Part shown: one piece after another, positions 26,115 to 33,884 of the stretch
How positions within the stretch are numbered: position 1 is the first letter of the stretch
Layout of the letters: the number at the start of each line of letters is the position of its first letter
IMG/VR virus record: IMGVR_UViG_3300042140_000371
Span: 1-40,665 of that record
Direction: 5' to 3' (one strand)
Source of the DNA: a virus
Taxonomy: Duplodnaviria; Caudoviricetes
Length of the DNA stretch: 40,665 bases
Program-made: the position numbers and the translations under genes
The notes under the pieces: model-generated
Database searches by the model: none
What the model was told of the DNA's origin: nothing
Seen by the model: the letters and a program-made list of their open reading frames with translations, nothing else

Positions 26115-27511
26115 GGGGTAATGCCCCAGGCATTGGTAGTAATTCGATTTAAAGCGGAAAACCATTTTTCTCTAGGAGAAGAACCGTCTTCTTTTTTAAT
26201 CATAAATAAAACTGGTTGATCTTCGTCGTCTGGATAAGCGGTTATGCCTTGGGTGGTAAGAGCGCAAACGGCTGCAAATTTAAAAACGTCTTCTTGTGTG
26301 TATGATTTTTTTTTCCAAAATGGGTTAAGCATTCCGATAGATACTTTGTTGTATTCAGAACTTCCTGTTACACTGATTAATTTTTCGGACTGATCAAAAT
26401 TAATTGCAAATCTCAACCCTTTTTTTTTACTTAAAATGTCGTTGTCACCCTCTTGTATTTTAGTTGCAGTTTTTCTTTTTCCTCCTGTTCCTGTTGGTTC
26501 ATTTATTCCAGTTTTTTTAAATGTTTTATTTCGTGCTTCTTTTTTCTTTTCTGGAACGTAGTTGTTTAAAAATTCATTTAGTAGATTAGTGCGTTCTGCG
26601 TCTACTACTATTTCACTGTCTGCGGTGCATTTTTGTAATAAATGTTGAACTTCTGGATAAAGAAACTTGCATATCTCTGTTAATTCTCCGACGTTGTCCT
26701 TATGTTTTGTTGGGGTCCATTTTGGCCCATTCTTTTTTTCCAGCAATTCAATATACCCATAAAATTTTGAAGCAATGTAATGCGCTGGAATGCCTTCCAA
26801 AGACCCGTTTTTGATGATTCTGTGTTTTAAGGCAATAGTCCAGCCGCCCTGAGTTTTTGAATTTTTTGATGTTATTCCGGCGTGCCATTGGAATTGTTTT
26901 CCCTTGTATTCTCCCTTCCCTTCTATTCTGCCGCTTAAAGGTTCTTCTAAAGGTGGTTCAACTTTTACCCCATAAAAAAATAGTTTTTTCCCGGATTTAA
27001 GGGCTGGGGCAAAAATTGTGCTTAAATGTTTTCGTACTGTAGCGGCGTAAAAAAAATCTTTTAATTGAGAAATAGTTATAGTTGTTCCAGATTTTTCTTT
27101 GTTTGCCGGAATTGGCCCGTCTTCTTGAGCAGTCCATTTTCCTGATTCTATGATGGTATTAAAATCCACGTAAATGCTGGATTTTAATTGGTTTCGTATT
27201 GATTCAACTTTGTAAGCTGCGCCTAGAGAGGCAACCGCTTCCTTTAACCCGATGCCGTATCGTCCACTTGTTGAGCGTCCTTCCGGCCTGTGGCTTCCAA
27301 GCCTGGCCAACGTAGTTAAATCGGCCACTCCAAGCCCGTCGTCTAAAACAGTTATTTCTGTCTGGCTTTTGTTTATGGTTATTTGAACGGTTTTTGCTTC
27401 TGCGTCAAAAGAGTTGTCAATTAATTCTGAAAAAGCTTTCCATGGTTCCATGCCTTGATTTTGCATAGATTGAAGCACGTGCGTGTCGGGCCGAATGTCT
27501 ATTTCACGCAT
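26111..27511 (-). CDS. GHKL ATPase (MORC / HATPase_c_3-like)
   Basis: SELIDNSFDA (N box), DDGLG (G1), GRYGIGLK (G2), SGTTITI (G3); AT-rich. Confidence 0.85.
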   Translation of the reverse strand: MREIDIRPDTHVLQSMQNQGMEPWKAFSELIDNSFDAEAKTVQITINKSQTEITVLDDGLGVADLTTLARLGSHRPEGRSTSGRYGIGLKEAVASLGAAYKVESIRNQLKSSIYVDFNTIIESGKWTAQEDGPIPANKEKSGTTITISQLKDFFYAATVRKHLSTIFAPALKSGKKLFFYGVKVEPPLEEPLSGRIEGKGEYKGKQFQWHAGITSKNSKTQGGWTIALKHRIIKNGSLEGIPAHYIASKFYGYIELLEKKNGPKWTPTKHKDNVGELTEICKFLYPEVQHLLQKCTADSEIVVDAERTNLLNEFLNNYVPEKKKEARNKTFKKTGINEPTGTGGKRKTATKIQEGDNDILSKKKGLRFAINFDQSEKLISVTGSSEYNKVSIGMLNPFWKKKSYTQEDVFKFAAVCALTTQGITAYPDDEDQPVLFMIKKEDGSSPREKWFSALNRITTNAWGITP

Positions 27512-27513
27512 TC

Positions 27514-28347
27514 TTAATCATCTCCTTTTCTTGATTTAAAGTAATCGTTTATTTGATTTTTTACTGATTGCATAGGCGGGTATTTTTTAATGTACTGGTC
27601 GATTTTTTGCGTAAGGTGATAAAAATCTAAACGCTGGTCTAAGTCTGTTTCTTCATCATTTGTTGCAATTGCTGGTGTTGGTTTTGGAGTTGGTTTTGGC
27701 AAGACGTCTTTAAGTTTTATTTCGCCTGCGGTTACTTTGTTTATGGTGTCTTTGGGAAGCTCTCCTGCCTCTACGGCTTTGACCATGGCCACGGCCTGCC
27801 GGGCCTTGTGATGGCTTTCCCCTGCAAGCTTGGCTATCTGTCCTACGGTGGATTGCTCGTCTTTCTTTTTAATATCCCTTGGAATCGGTGGAGGTGAAAC
27901 CGTCTCCGCCGATTCTTTACCTTTTCTTCCGTTAGGGCTGGCATTGTTGTTTGGCTTAAACTGCGTAGCGGCTTGTTTTGATTTTTGTTCTTCTGCGATC
28001 ATGGGGTAGATAGCGGCGGCGATGGTGGCCCGTTGGTCAGGTGTTAGGTGGCGGCGATTGATGTTGATGTTAAAAATATAATCGGCGACGTTTTCAATGT
28101 TACTGGCTAATTCAACGCTAATTATTTTTATTCTGTGCGATCTGTTTTCTTCTTTGTACTGAGTATTAAGCTTATCTGCGGCCCTTAATCTGTTTCGTCC
28201 ATCTATTAAAATTCCGTCTTTTAAAACAATTGGATGTATAAGCCCAAATTCTTCTATGGAACTTACTAAGTCGTGAAATGCGTTACCTTCCATTAGCGGG
28301 AATTGGCTTGCCGCTGGGTGAACTTTATAACCGCAAATAGTTTCCAT
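27514..28347 (-). CDS. ParB/Srx N-terminal domain protein
   Basis: HPAASQFPLM...LVSSIEEFGLIHPIV...LIDGRNRLRAA...NINRRHLT; HTH-like IAKLAGES; AT-rich. Confidence 0.85.
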   Translation of the reverse strand: METICGYKVHPAASQFPLMEGNAFHDLVSSIEEFGLIHPIVLKDGILIDGRNRLRAADKLNTQYKEENRSHRIKIISVELASNIENVADYIFNININRRHLTPDQRATIAAAIYPMIAEEQKSKQAATQFKPNNNASPNGRKGKESAETVSPPPIPRDIKKKDEQSTVGQIAKLAGESHHKARQAVAMVKAVEAGELPKDTINKVTAGEIKLKDVLPKPTPKPTPAIATNDEETDLDQRLDFYHLTQKIDQYIKKYPPMQSVKNQINDYFKSRKGDD

Positions 28348-28372
28348 TACTTTGCCCTCATAAAAATTAAAG

Positions 28373-28444
28373 CCCCCGCTGCCCCGGTTGCTTAAGTGGG
28401 GCCCGCCCTGCCGTCACTTGCCAGTTAGCAGGCCGGTGCGGGGG
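28373..28444 (-). ncRNA. Candidate structured RNA element (three-way junction)
   Basis: Stems 28373-28379/28438-28444, 28381-28385/28398-28402, 28403-28411/28428-28436 (one mismatch); followed by U-rich tract on minus strand. Confidence 0.4.
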
Positions 28445-28455
28445 TGTTCGGGTGG

Positions 28456-28626
28456 TTAGTTGCAGCCGCCGGCGGTCCTGCCTCGTCGGTGGAACAGCCT
28501 GCCGCCACGCTCACGTTTTACGGTGCGGGTGATGGTCGTCTGTACGCTGACCCGTGGGGTTCGGGCGCTGCATTGGCCGCCGGTGCAATCGGCGCCAAGC
28601 GCCAAGGTCAAAAGAATCGTAATCAT
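28456..28626 (-). CDS. Small secreted-type Cys/Arg-rich peptide, 56 aa (absent from ORF track)
   Basis: TAGGAG RBS; MITILLTLALGADCTGGQCSARTPRVSVQTTITRTVKRERGGRLFHRRGRTAGGCN. Confidence 0.7.
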   Translation of the reverse strand: MITILLTLALGADCTGGQCSARTPRVSVQTTITRTVKRERGGRLFHRRGRTAGGCN

Positions 28627-28648
28627 AGAACACTCCTAAAAAAGACGG

Positions 28649-29158
28649 TCACACACTGCCCGCCACGTTGGCGGGTTTTCGTTTGGTTGCCGTGCGAAAC
28701 GGCTTTAAGTCGGGGCTGCCCTGCCCTAGGGCGTACACCGGGCCATGTCCCAGGTCGATCAGGTTTTCCGGGCGGCGTAGTTCCTCGGGCCTGCACCAGC
28801 CTACAAAGTGCACGGTGGGAAGCTGGACGATGGCCAGCACCATTAAATCGACGTCGGGGTTGTTTTGGTTGGGATTGCTTATGAGTCTACCGGAAAGCTG
28901 GCTTGTGCTTTTGATGTCAATACGCTTGCCTGCGGTCAGGTTATCAAAGCCGTTTTTGCGGCTGACAAAAGTCAAGTCGGGAAAAGTGTTGTGGTGTTTT
29001 GCCCAGGCGTATTCAGCGGCCAGGCCGGTAACGTCGATGGCGGTTTGGTCGTGGCCGAATTGTCGGCTAACAGCGCCGGCGGCCGACGATACGGCACAAC
29101 GCAAAGCCCCTAGGGTGTAGATCACGCCGATATCGGCGGGTGATAAGGTTACTTGCAA
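28649..29158 (-). CDS. Hypothetical protein, possible PD-(D/E)xK nuclease fold
   Basis: GLAAEYAWAK...GFD...IDIKST...FVGW pattern; start uncertain (TTG). Confidence 0.6.
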   Translation of the reverse strand: MQVTLSPADIGVIYTLGALRCAVSSAAGAVSRQFGHDQTAIDVTGLAAEYAWAKHHNTFPDLTFVSRKNGFDNLTAGKRIDIKSTSQLSGRLISNPNQNNPDVDLMVLAIVQLPTVHFVGWCRPEELRRPENLIDLGHGPVYALGQGSPDLKPFRTATKRKPANVAGSV

Positions 29159-29258
29159 GGTTTGGGTTTTTCAGAAGTGGCGTGGCGTCCTGCCCGTTAT
29201 GCCCGTCATTGTTTTTCAAAGAGGGTTAAGTACTCGCTCTTACGTGTATGCGATCTTT

Positions 29259-29286
29259 GTTGTACCATTTTCAAAATTAGTGTCAA
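29259..29286 (-). promoter_or_regulatory. Possible sigma70-type promoter
   Basis: TTGACA (29286-29281), 16 nt ending TGG, then TACAAC; in the intergenic gap after the HNH gene; -10 imperfect. Confidence 0.4.
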
Positions 29287-29291
29287 CAAAA

Positions 29292-29615
29292 TTACGGCCG
29301 TGTTTTGATTTTTTTTAAGACTATTGCGGCGTCTTCTTTGACGTTGCGATTGTAGCTTTTCCAGTTTTTCAAGTGCCCTACAAACAGGTGGCAATTGCCG
29401 CCGTTCTCGCAAAGGGTGATAAAGTTGGACGCCACAAGCTCCAGGTCGGGGTGTAGGTGGTAGGGCTGCATATGGTGCACCTCAACCTTGTCGGTGCTGC
29501 CGCATGCGGCGCACGTCGGATTGGATTTTAGCCAGGCTTTGCGTACTGCCGGCCATTGCGGCGAACGTGCTGGCATGCCGGCGAAGTATTCGGTGATGCG
29601 TTTGACGATGCTCAT
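29292..29615 (-). CDS. HNH endonuclease
   Basis: CAACG...EVHH...NFITLC...CH; start ATG 29615 (ATGA overlap). Confidence 0.85.
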   Translation of the reverse strand: MSIVKRITEYFAGMPARSPQWPAVRKAWLKSNPTCAACGSTDKVEVHHMQPYHLHPDLELVASNFITLCENGGNCHLFVGHLKNWKSYNRNVKEDAAIVLKKIKTRP

Positions 29616-29830
29616 TTTTTGGCCTGCCTCAGTGCCCGGTGAATGTACCATTGGGCTTTACTTAAATTTTCTTCTAGGGTGTCTTTGAGCCGGGCACGCC
29701 ATAGGTATTTGATTGCTTGTCCCCGGCAAAAATCAATAAAAGCCTGCTGCCCTAGTGCGGCCTCAATGGCCTCAATGCATTCAATTGGGGCGGCGGTGTA
29801 ATGCGGTGGGTGGTCGATTTTAGAATCCAT
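29612..29830 (-). CDS. DUF3310 family protein (T7 gp1.7 nucleotide kinase-like)
   Basis: IDHPPHYT..IECIEAIEA...FCRGQAIKYLWRA..K..ENLSKAQWY. Confidence 0.85.
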   Translation of the reverse strand: MDSKIDHPPHYTAAPIECIEAIEAALGQQAFIDFCRGQAIKYLWRARLKDTLEENLSKAQWYIHRALRQAKK

Positions 29831-30177
29831 TAGTTGCGCTCGTTCTCGGCCTTGATGTCATTTCTAACACATTTTTTAATGACGTTGGCCATGCCTCGGG
29901 CCAGTTCCGGGGAGATGATTGAACCCAGGGAAACAACGTAGCAAACGGAAAAGATGGCGGTGGTGGCCTCGGTCTCGGATTCCTCGCTGTACCATTTGCG
30001 CTCCAGCACGACGTCGACGATTTTTTTCAGCCCGTGGTATTCCTCGTTGTTTTTTATTTCGAGGTTTTCCAGAAAATCCAAAATGAACCCCTCGTACGGG
30101 TTTTCATCCTCCGTTTTCCAATCGCTGCCGCTGTCGCTGCTTTCGTGTTCGTGTTCTTCCTCCCAGAAGTCGCTCAT
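29830..30177 (-). CDS. Hypothetical acidic protein
   Basis: Probable start ATG 30177 (MSDFWEEE; GAGGA RBS, ATGA overlap). Confidence 0.65.
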   Translation of the reverse strand: MSDFWEEEHEHESSDSGSDWKTEDENPYEGFILDFLENLEIKNNEEYHGLKKIVDVVLERKWYSEESETEATTAIFSVCYVVSLGSIISPELARGMANVIKKCVRNDIKAENERN

Positions 30178-31058
30178 AGCATCCTCGTGTTTAGGTGCAG
30201 AAAACGGGTCTGCTGCGGCCATTTGCTCTGGCGGAAAGTGAAGTCAATTGCCCAGCCGCCGATGGGTCGGGCTGCCCTGCCCTTGCTGACATGCCAGCCG
30301 TCCTTGTGCTCGTTCTTGTAAGCCGCACACCTTAAGAAAAACTGCTGGGCCATCTCCAGCTTGCCGGCGCTGGTGACTCGGATCGGGTTGTTTTCGTCGG
30401 CGTTTCGGCGGTGAATGTGGCCGCTGACGTAGACGTCGGCGCCTTCGTACTGGCCACGGGTGCGGCTGTTGTCAATTAGCCCTCGGGTGACTTCGCCGCC
30501 GCCGCCGTAGCCGTGGTGGTAATGAATGCGCCGGGTAATCACGGTCCTGGTAATTTGCCCCTGAAACAGAACCCAGCCCCAGTATTGGCCGACGGCGCCG
30601 CTGAAGCCGTGCGGCCGTAGCCCATCCGCAAAGCGCTGGATCATGTCCGTATCATTGCGGGCCTGCACGCTGACCTCATGGTTGCCGGGGCTGATGAGCG
30701 CAATTTGTGGGGCGTAGGGGGCAAACCATGCAATGGCGGTTTCTAAGACGCTGTCCAGGTAGCAGTTGCCACGGTGCTCGGGACGTAAAACGCTTTGGTC
30801 CCTTCGGGGGTCCCATTTGCCTTGCATTAGGTCGAAAACGTCGCCGCACAAAAGGACCATGGCGTTTTCGGCAACGGCGGCTTCGAGGTGGCGCTGCAAT
30901 GCGTTTCGATCACAGTGGGCGCTGTCCCAGTGCAGGTCGCTCATGGCGTACACGGTGCGGGGGATGTTTAGTTTTGAATAGTAGGCCTTGATGCGGTGCA
31001 CGTGGGTGTCGGTTCGTTCAATGGTCCAGTCTTTTTTTGGCGGCGTTTTCCTCGGCAT
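30174..31058 (-). CDS. Calcineurin-like metallophosphoesterase
   Basis: SDLH, GDVFD, GNHE, HHG, GHIH motifs; probable start ATG 31058. Confidence 0.88.
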   Translation of the reverse strand: MPRKTPPKKDWTIERTDTHVHRIKAYYSKLNIPRTVYAMSDLHWDSAHCDRNALQRHLEAAVAENAMVLLCGDVFDLMQGKWDPRRDQSVLRPEHRGNCYLDSVLETAIAWFAPYAPQIALISPGNHEVSVQARNDTDMIQRFADGLRPHGFSGAVGQYWGWVLFQGQITRTVITRRIHYHHGYGGGGEVTRGLIDNSRTRGQYEGADVYVSGHIHRRNADENNPIRVTSAGKLEMAQQFFLRCAAYKNEHKDGWHVSKGRAARPIGGWAIDFTFRQSKWPQQTRFLHLNTRML

Positions 31059-31237
31059 TAAAACCTCAGATGGACCGGGTCGTCGTGCTGGGTCAACCAA
31101 CGGAAGGCGTCGGTCTCGTGCCATGTCTCGCCGGTTGGGTCGGTCCATGACCTGCGGCGCTTCGGGTCAGGCTTCCAGCGAAGTTCCAATAACCGGCGAC
31201 GTCGGGCCTCGTCCCGTAATGGTTCCCACTGGTCCAT
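31058..31237 (-). CDS. Small hypothetical protein
   Basis: ATG 31237 with AGGGG RBS (MDQWEPLRDE...WTDPTGETW); TAATG coupling downstream. Confidence 0.6.
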   Translation of the reverse strand: MDQWEPLRDEARRRRLLELRWKPDPKRRRSWTDPTGETWHETDAFRWLTQHDDPVHLRF

Positions 31238-31271
31238 GCCTGCCCCTGTTAAATGCTGTTGGCCCTTAGAG

Positions 31272-31281
31272 ATAAATGACC
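31272..31281 (-). promoter_or_regulatory. GGTCATTTAT motif, candidate late promoter
   Basis: Exact copy, intergenic after the replication block, 34 nt upstream of ATG 31237. Confidence 0.65.
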
Positions 31282-31353
31282 CCGGCGGGCGGTGTACCGG
31301 GGCCTCCGTGTTAAGCTGGCGCTGTGGGCCCAGCGCTCCGCCCCTCACGGATA

Positions 31354-31797
31354 TTAAAAGGGCAGGTCGTCCAAAAACTCCTGCTCCCGTTGTTTTTGCC
31401 CTTCGGGATGCGGTGCGTAGCCTCGGATGCGGGCGTAGGTTTTATCCTGGTAGGTCTCGTTGACGGTGGTTACCTGCAGCCGTTTGCCGACCAGTTCGCT
31501 GCTGTCGCCGGGCTTGTCCATGCCGGCGGCTTCGCAAATTCTGACCAGTGTTTCCTGGGCTATGGCCATGGCCTTGACGCTTGGATTGCGTAGGTTCAAG
31601 CGCTCAAACACCCGGGCGCCGGCGTGCGGTCCCTCATCGACTTCAAGGATTAATTGCAGGTATTCGCCGGTGCCGGCCTTGGTGGGTTTGGTTTCCTCGG
31701 CTTTGATTACGGCGCTGTAGGTGCCGGGCGGCAATTCAGCGGGTGGCCGTTTGGCGGGTGGGGGCGTGGGTGAAAAATCCGTTTCGTTAAAAATCAT
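31354..31797 (-). CDS. DUF669-like single-stranded DNA-binding protein
   Basis: LPPGTYSAVI..KPTKAGTGEYLQL..GARVFERLNL..ICEAAG..LVGK; acidic DDLPF tail; start ATG 31797. Confidence 0.8.
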   Translation of the reverse strand: MIFNETDFSPTPPPAKRPPAELPPGTYSAVIKAEETKPTKAGTGEYLQLILEVDEGPHAGARVFERLNLRNPSVKAMAIAQETLVRICEAAGMDKPGDSSELVGKRLQVTTVNETYQDKTYARIRGYAPHPEGQKQREQEFLDDLPF

Positions 31798-32546
31798 ACA
31801 ATATCTCCTTCTTTCCAATCCTTTTTTACAGGTCCTTCTGACCACGCCACAGCGGCGGGGTCTAGTTTGGGTGGTTCGTCGCCGGGGATTAACCCGAATC
31901 GAACCGACATGCGTGTGATGATGTTGTCGAGCACGCTGCGTGGCGGCTGCGACACCTGGGCCATGGTGATGTCCTCCACCAAAAGCGCCTTCTCGGTGAT
32001 ATTCTGCTGGCGGGTGGCCATCTGCTGGCGCCACGTCGGGTTTCTGGTGAAATACTCGGTGCTGCCCATTAGGGGGCGGTCCCGGTGGTCCTTAACGCCG
32101 GCGTAAACCCGGCCATCGGCACAGCGGCACCAAATGGCGGCGGTGCGGTGGCTAAGCCAAACGCCGTCGACCACGTCGGGAAGCCAGGGCACGGTAATCA
32201 GGCCGCTGTTGAAGCAGTCGGTACACGTGCCCCGATCCTCGGCCACGGCGTAGGCGGTCCGTTTGATTTTTTCCCGGCGAAACATTAGCGCATGTTGCTC
32301 TAATGCGTTTAGGTGTTTTTCGTGGGAAAAGGGTGGTATTTCCTGCCTGGCGACGCCGTCGGTGGCGGCAAACATTTCCTCGGCGGTAAAGCCGCTGCGC
32401 CGGAAAAATCCGATCCACGTGCCAACCATGCGGCCGTCGGCGTCGTTGTTCCAGCCAAACAAGGTCCGGTGGTAGTCGGCCCAGCGGAACCATTCGGCCT
32501 TTTCGGCCTCGGCGGATGCCTGGGGGGTGAGTTTAGTTTCGGCCAT
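31794..32546 (-). CDS. Replication-associated protein with Cys cluster (helicase-loader position)
   Basis: Directly downstream of initiator; CTDCFNSG...WCRC putative Zn site. Confidence 0.55.
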   Translation of the reverse strand: MAETKLTPQASAEAEKAEWFRWADYHRTLFGWNNDADGRMVGTWIGFFRRSGFTAEEMFAATDGVARQEIPPFSHEKHLNALEQHALMFRREKIKRTAYAVAEDRGTCTDCFNSGLITVPWLPDVVDGVWLSHRTAAIWCRCADGRVYAGVKDHRDRPLMGSTEYFTRNPTWRQQMATRQQNITEKALLVEDITMAQVSQPPRSVLDNIITRMSVRFGLIPGDEPPKLDPAAVAWSEGPVKKDWKEGDIV

Positions 32547-33363
32547 TGAATGCAACCTCCAAAACTGCTTTTTCCCTTGGGTCGGCTGTCATGGTGTTAA
32601 ACAGTTCCTCCGTGCTTTTTGGCGCTGCTGGGCCCCGGCGCTGCTGCGGGCGAAGCTCCCGGTCGCTGAATAAAAACAGGGGTTCGGTTCGGTCCCGCTT
32701 GGGGTCGGCAATGGCGGCGGCGATGGCGGCCGGCGTGATGCCACGACGCAATGCCTCGGAAAAAACCTCGATCACTTTGGGAAACGTTTCGTTGCCGGGC
32801 CGGCTGCCTCGAGCGTAGAAGTTCCAAGCGGTGGTCAGTTCGTGGGCGGGGGTGTCCTGGTGGGGGACCCCTTCAGCCTTGGTTAGGTTAGCCTTGGTTA
32901 TGTTAGGTAAGGTTAGGTTAGATGGTGCCACACCCTGAGTAGGGGACTCTAGTACGGGACTAGGTGTGTGACTAGGTTGGGGACTAGGTTGGGGACTAGG
33001 TGTGTGACTAGGTTGGGGACTAGGTAAAACCTTAGAAACAAAGGATTTTCCCTTGTTGGCCATGACGCCTTTGACAAAATTGGGGCAGTGATCTTCCCAA
33101 TCATGGATAGACAAGCGGCATTCGGGATGACGGTCAAGCCATCCCGTTTCAATCAAATTGTTAATTAACTGGTCGGGATCGCCGGCCCATTCCAGGGCGG
33201 CGGCGATGTCTTCATTGGAATGCCTGCCGATGTCCCCGGCCATGGCATTGGCCATGGCAAAGACCCAAAGGCTTTCCAGCAGGCCGACGGCCTGCCAGTG
33301 GGGCAGGCCTAGCTTGCGTTTTAAGCGCAAAAACTTCATGCTGGTAATCGTTGTCGTTTTCAT
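32533..33363 (-). CDS. Replication initiator protein
   Basis: GLLESLW...LIETGWLD...IHDWEDH N-terminal domain, iteron-bearing linker and C-terminal helical domain, as in lambda O-type initiators. Confidence 0.78.
   Translation of the reverse strand: MKTTTITSMKFLRLKRKLGLPHWQAVGLLESLWVFAMANAMAGDIGRHSNEDIAAALEWAGDPDQLINNLIETGWLDRHPECRLSIHDWEDHCPNFVKGVMANKGKSFVSKVLPSPQPSHTPSPQPSPQPSHTPSPVLESPTQGVAPSNLTLPNITKANLTKAEGVPHQDTPAHELTTAWNFYARGSRPGNETFPKVIEVFSEALRRGITPAAIAAAIADPKRDRTEPLFLFSDRELRPQQRRGPAAPKSTEELFNTMTADPREKAVLEVAFNGRN
32881..33025. repeat. Putative replication origin: six GACTAGGT iterons at 12-bp period plus GGTTA repeats
   Basis: GACTAGGT at 32958, 32970, 32982, 32994, 33006, 33018; degenerate (GGTTA)n at 32881-32920; inside the initiator gene. 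Confidence 0.8.
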
Positions 33364-33374
33364 GATTATCGCTC

Positions 33375-33884
33375 CTATTTAATGCGTAGATGCTGGCCAC
33401 GGGGTAGAACGGTGACGCCGTCGATAAGCTCGCCGCCCTTGATCTTTTCACGAATGACGTCAAGGTTGGGTGAGAGGGTGATTTTTTGGCAATCAACGGG
33501 TAATTGATCCGCTGGGACGGTTACCTCAAGCGGCTGGGCGCCGCCGTTGTTGCAGATCGACAAATTGAAGTTTGGCGTCTTCAATTTGTCGATGCTTTGC
33601 AGACCAAAAAAGTACATCAGACGGCCTTTCATGGCCTTCACGGTGTTGCCGTCCTGGTCGGATAGTTTGCGGATTCGGTCGGCTTCCTCCTTTCGGGCGG
33701 CTGCCGTCAATTCAAGCTCCCGGATGATGCGGCAATACGCTTCGACTTTGTCCTCGATTTTGCCCTCTAGCTCCGCTAGAAGCTCATCAAGCACGGGGTC
33801 CAGTTCGCCGTCGCCGGTGGCGTCGTCCTTAGTGGCCCAAAATTCCAGAATCTTCGATCCATTGGCTAAATCTAAAATGCTCAT
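33375..33884 (-). CDS. Siphovirus Gp157 family protein
   Basis: IEDKVEAYCRIIRELE...KEEADRI...IREKIKGGELIDGV...HLRIK. Confidence 0.85.
   Translation of the reverse strand: MSILDLANGSKILEFWATKDDATGDGELDPVLDELLAELEGKIEDKVEAYCRIIRELELTAAARKEEADRIRKLSDQDGNTVKAMKGRLMYFFGLQSIDKLKTPNFNLSICNNGGAQPLEVTVPADQLPVDCQKITLSPNLDVIREKIKGGELIDGVTVLPRGQHLRIK

Noticed and set aside
27514-28347. Plasmid-prophage partition system (ParABS)
   Set aside because: No ParA Walker ATPase or parS array seen, and the phage has an integrase with attP
28444-29120. Plus-strand ORFs of 146 and 150 aa
   Set aside because: Antisense shadows of the minus-strand peptide and nuclease-like genes; no recognisable motifs
29171-29173. 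Genome-wide TGA stop reassignment
   Set aside because: Many genes end in TGA at tight ATGA overlaps, and long genes are intact in the standard code
32881-33025. CRISPR-like or telomere-like (TTAGG) repeats
   Set aside because: Units are 5 and 12 bp without unique spacers and lie in the initiator gene, as expected for origin iterons
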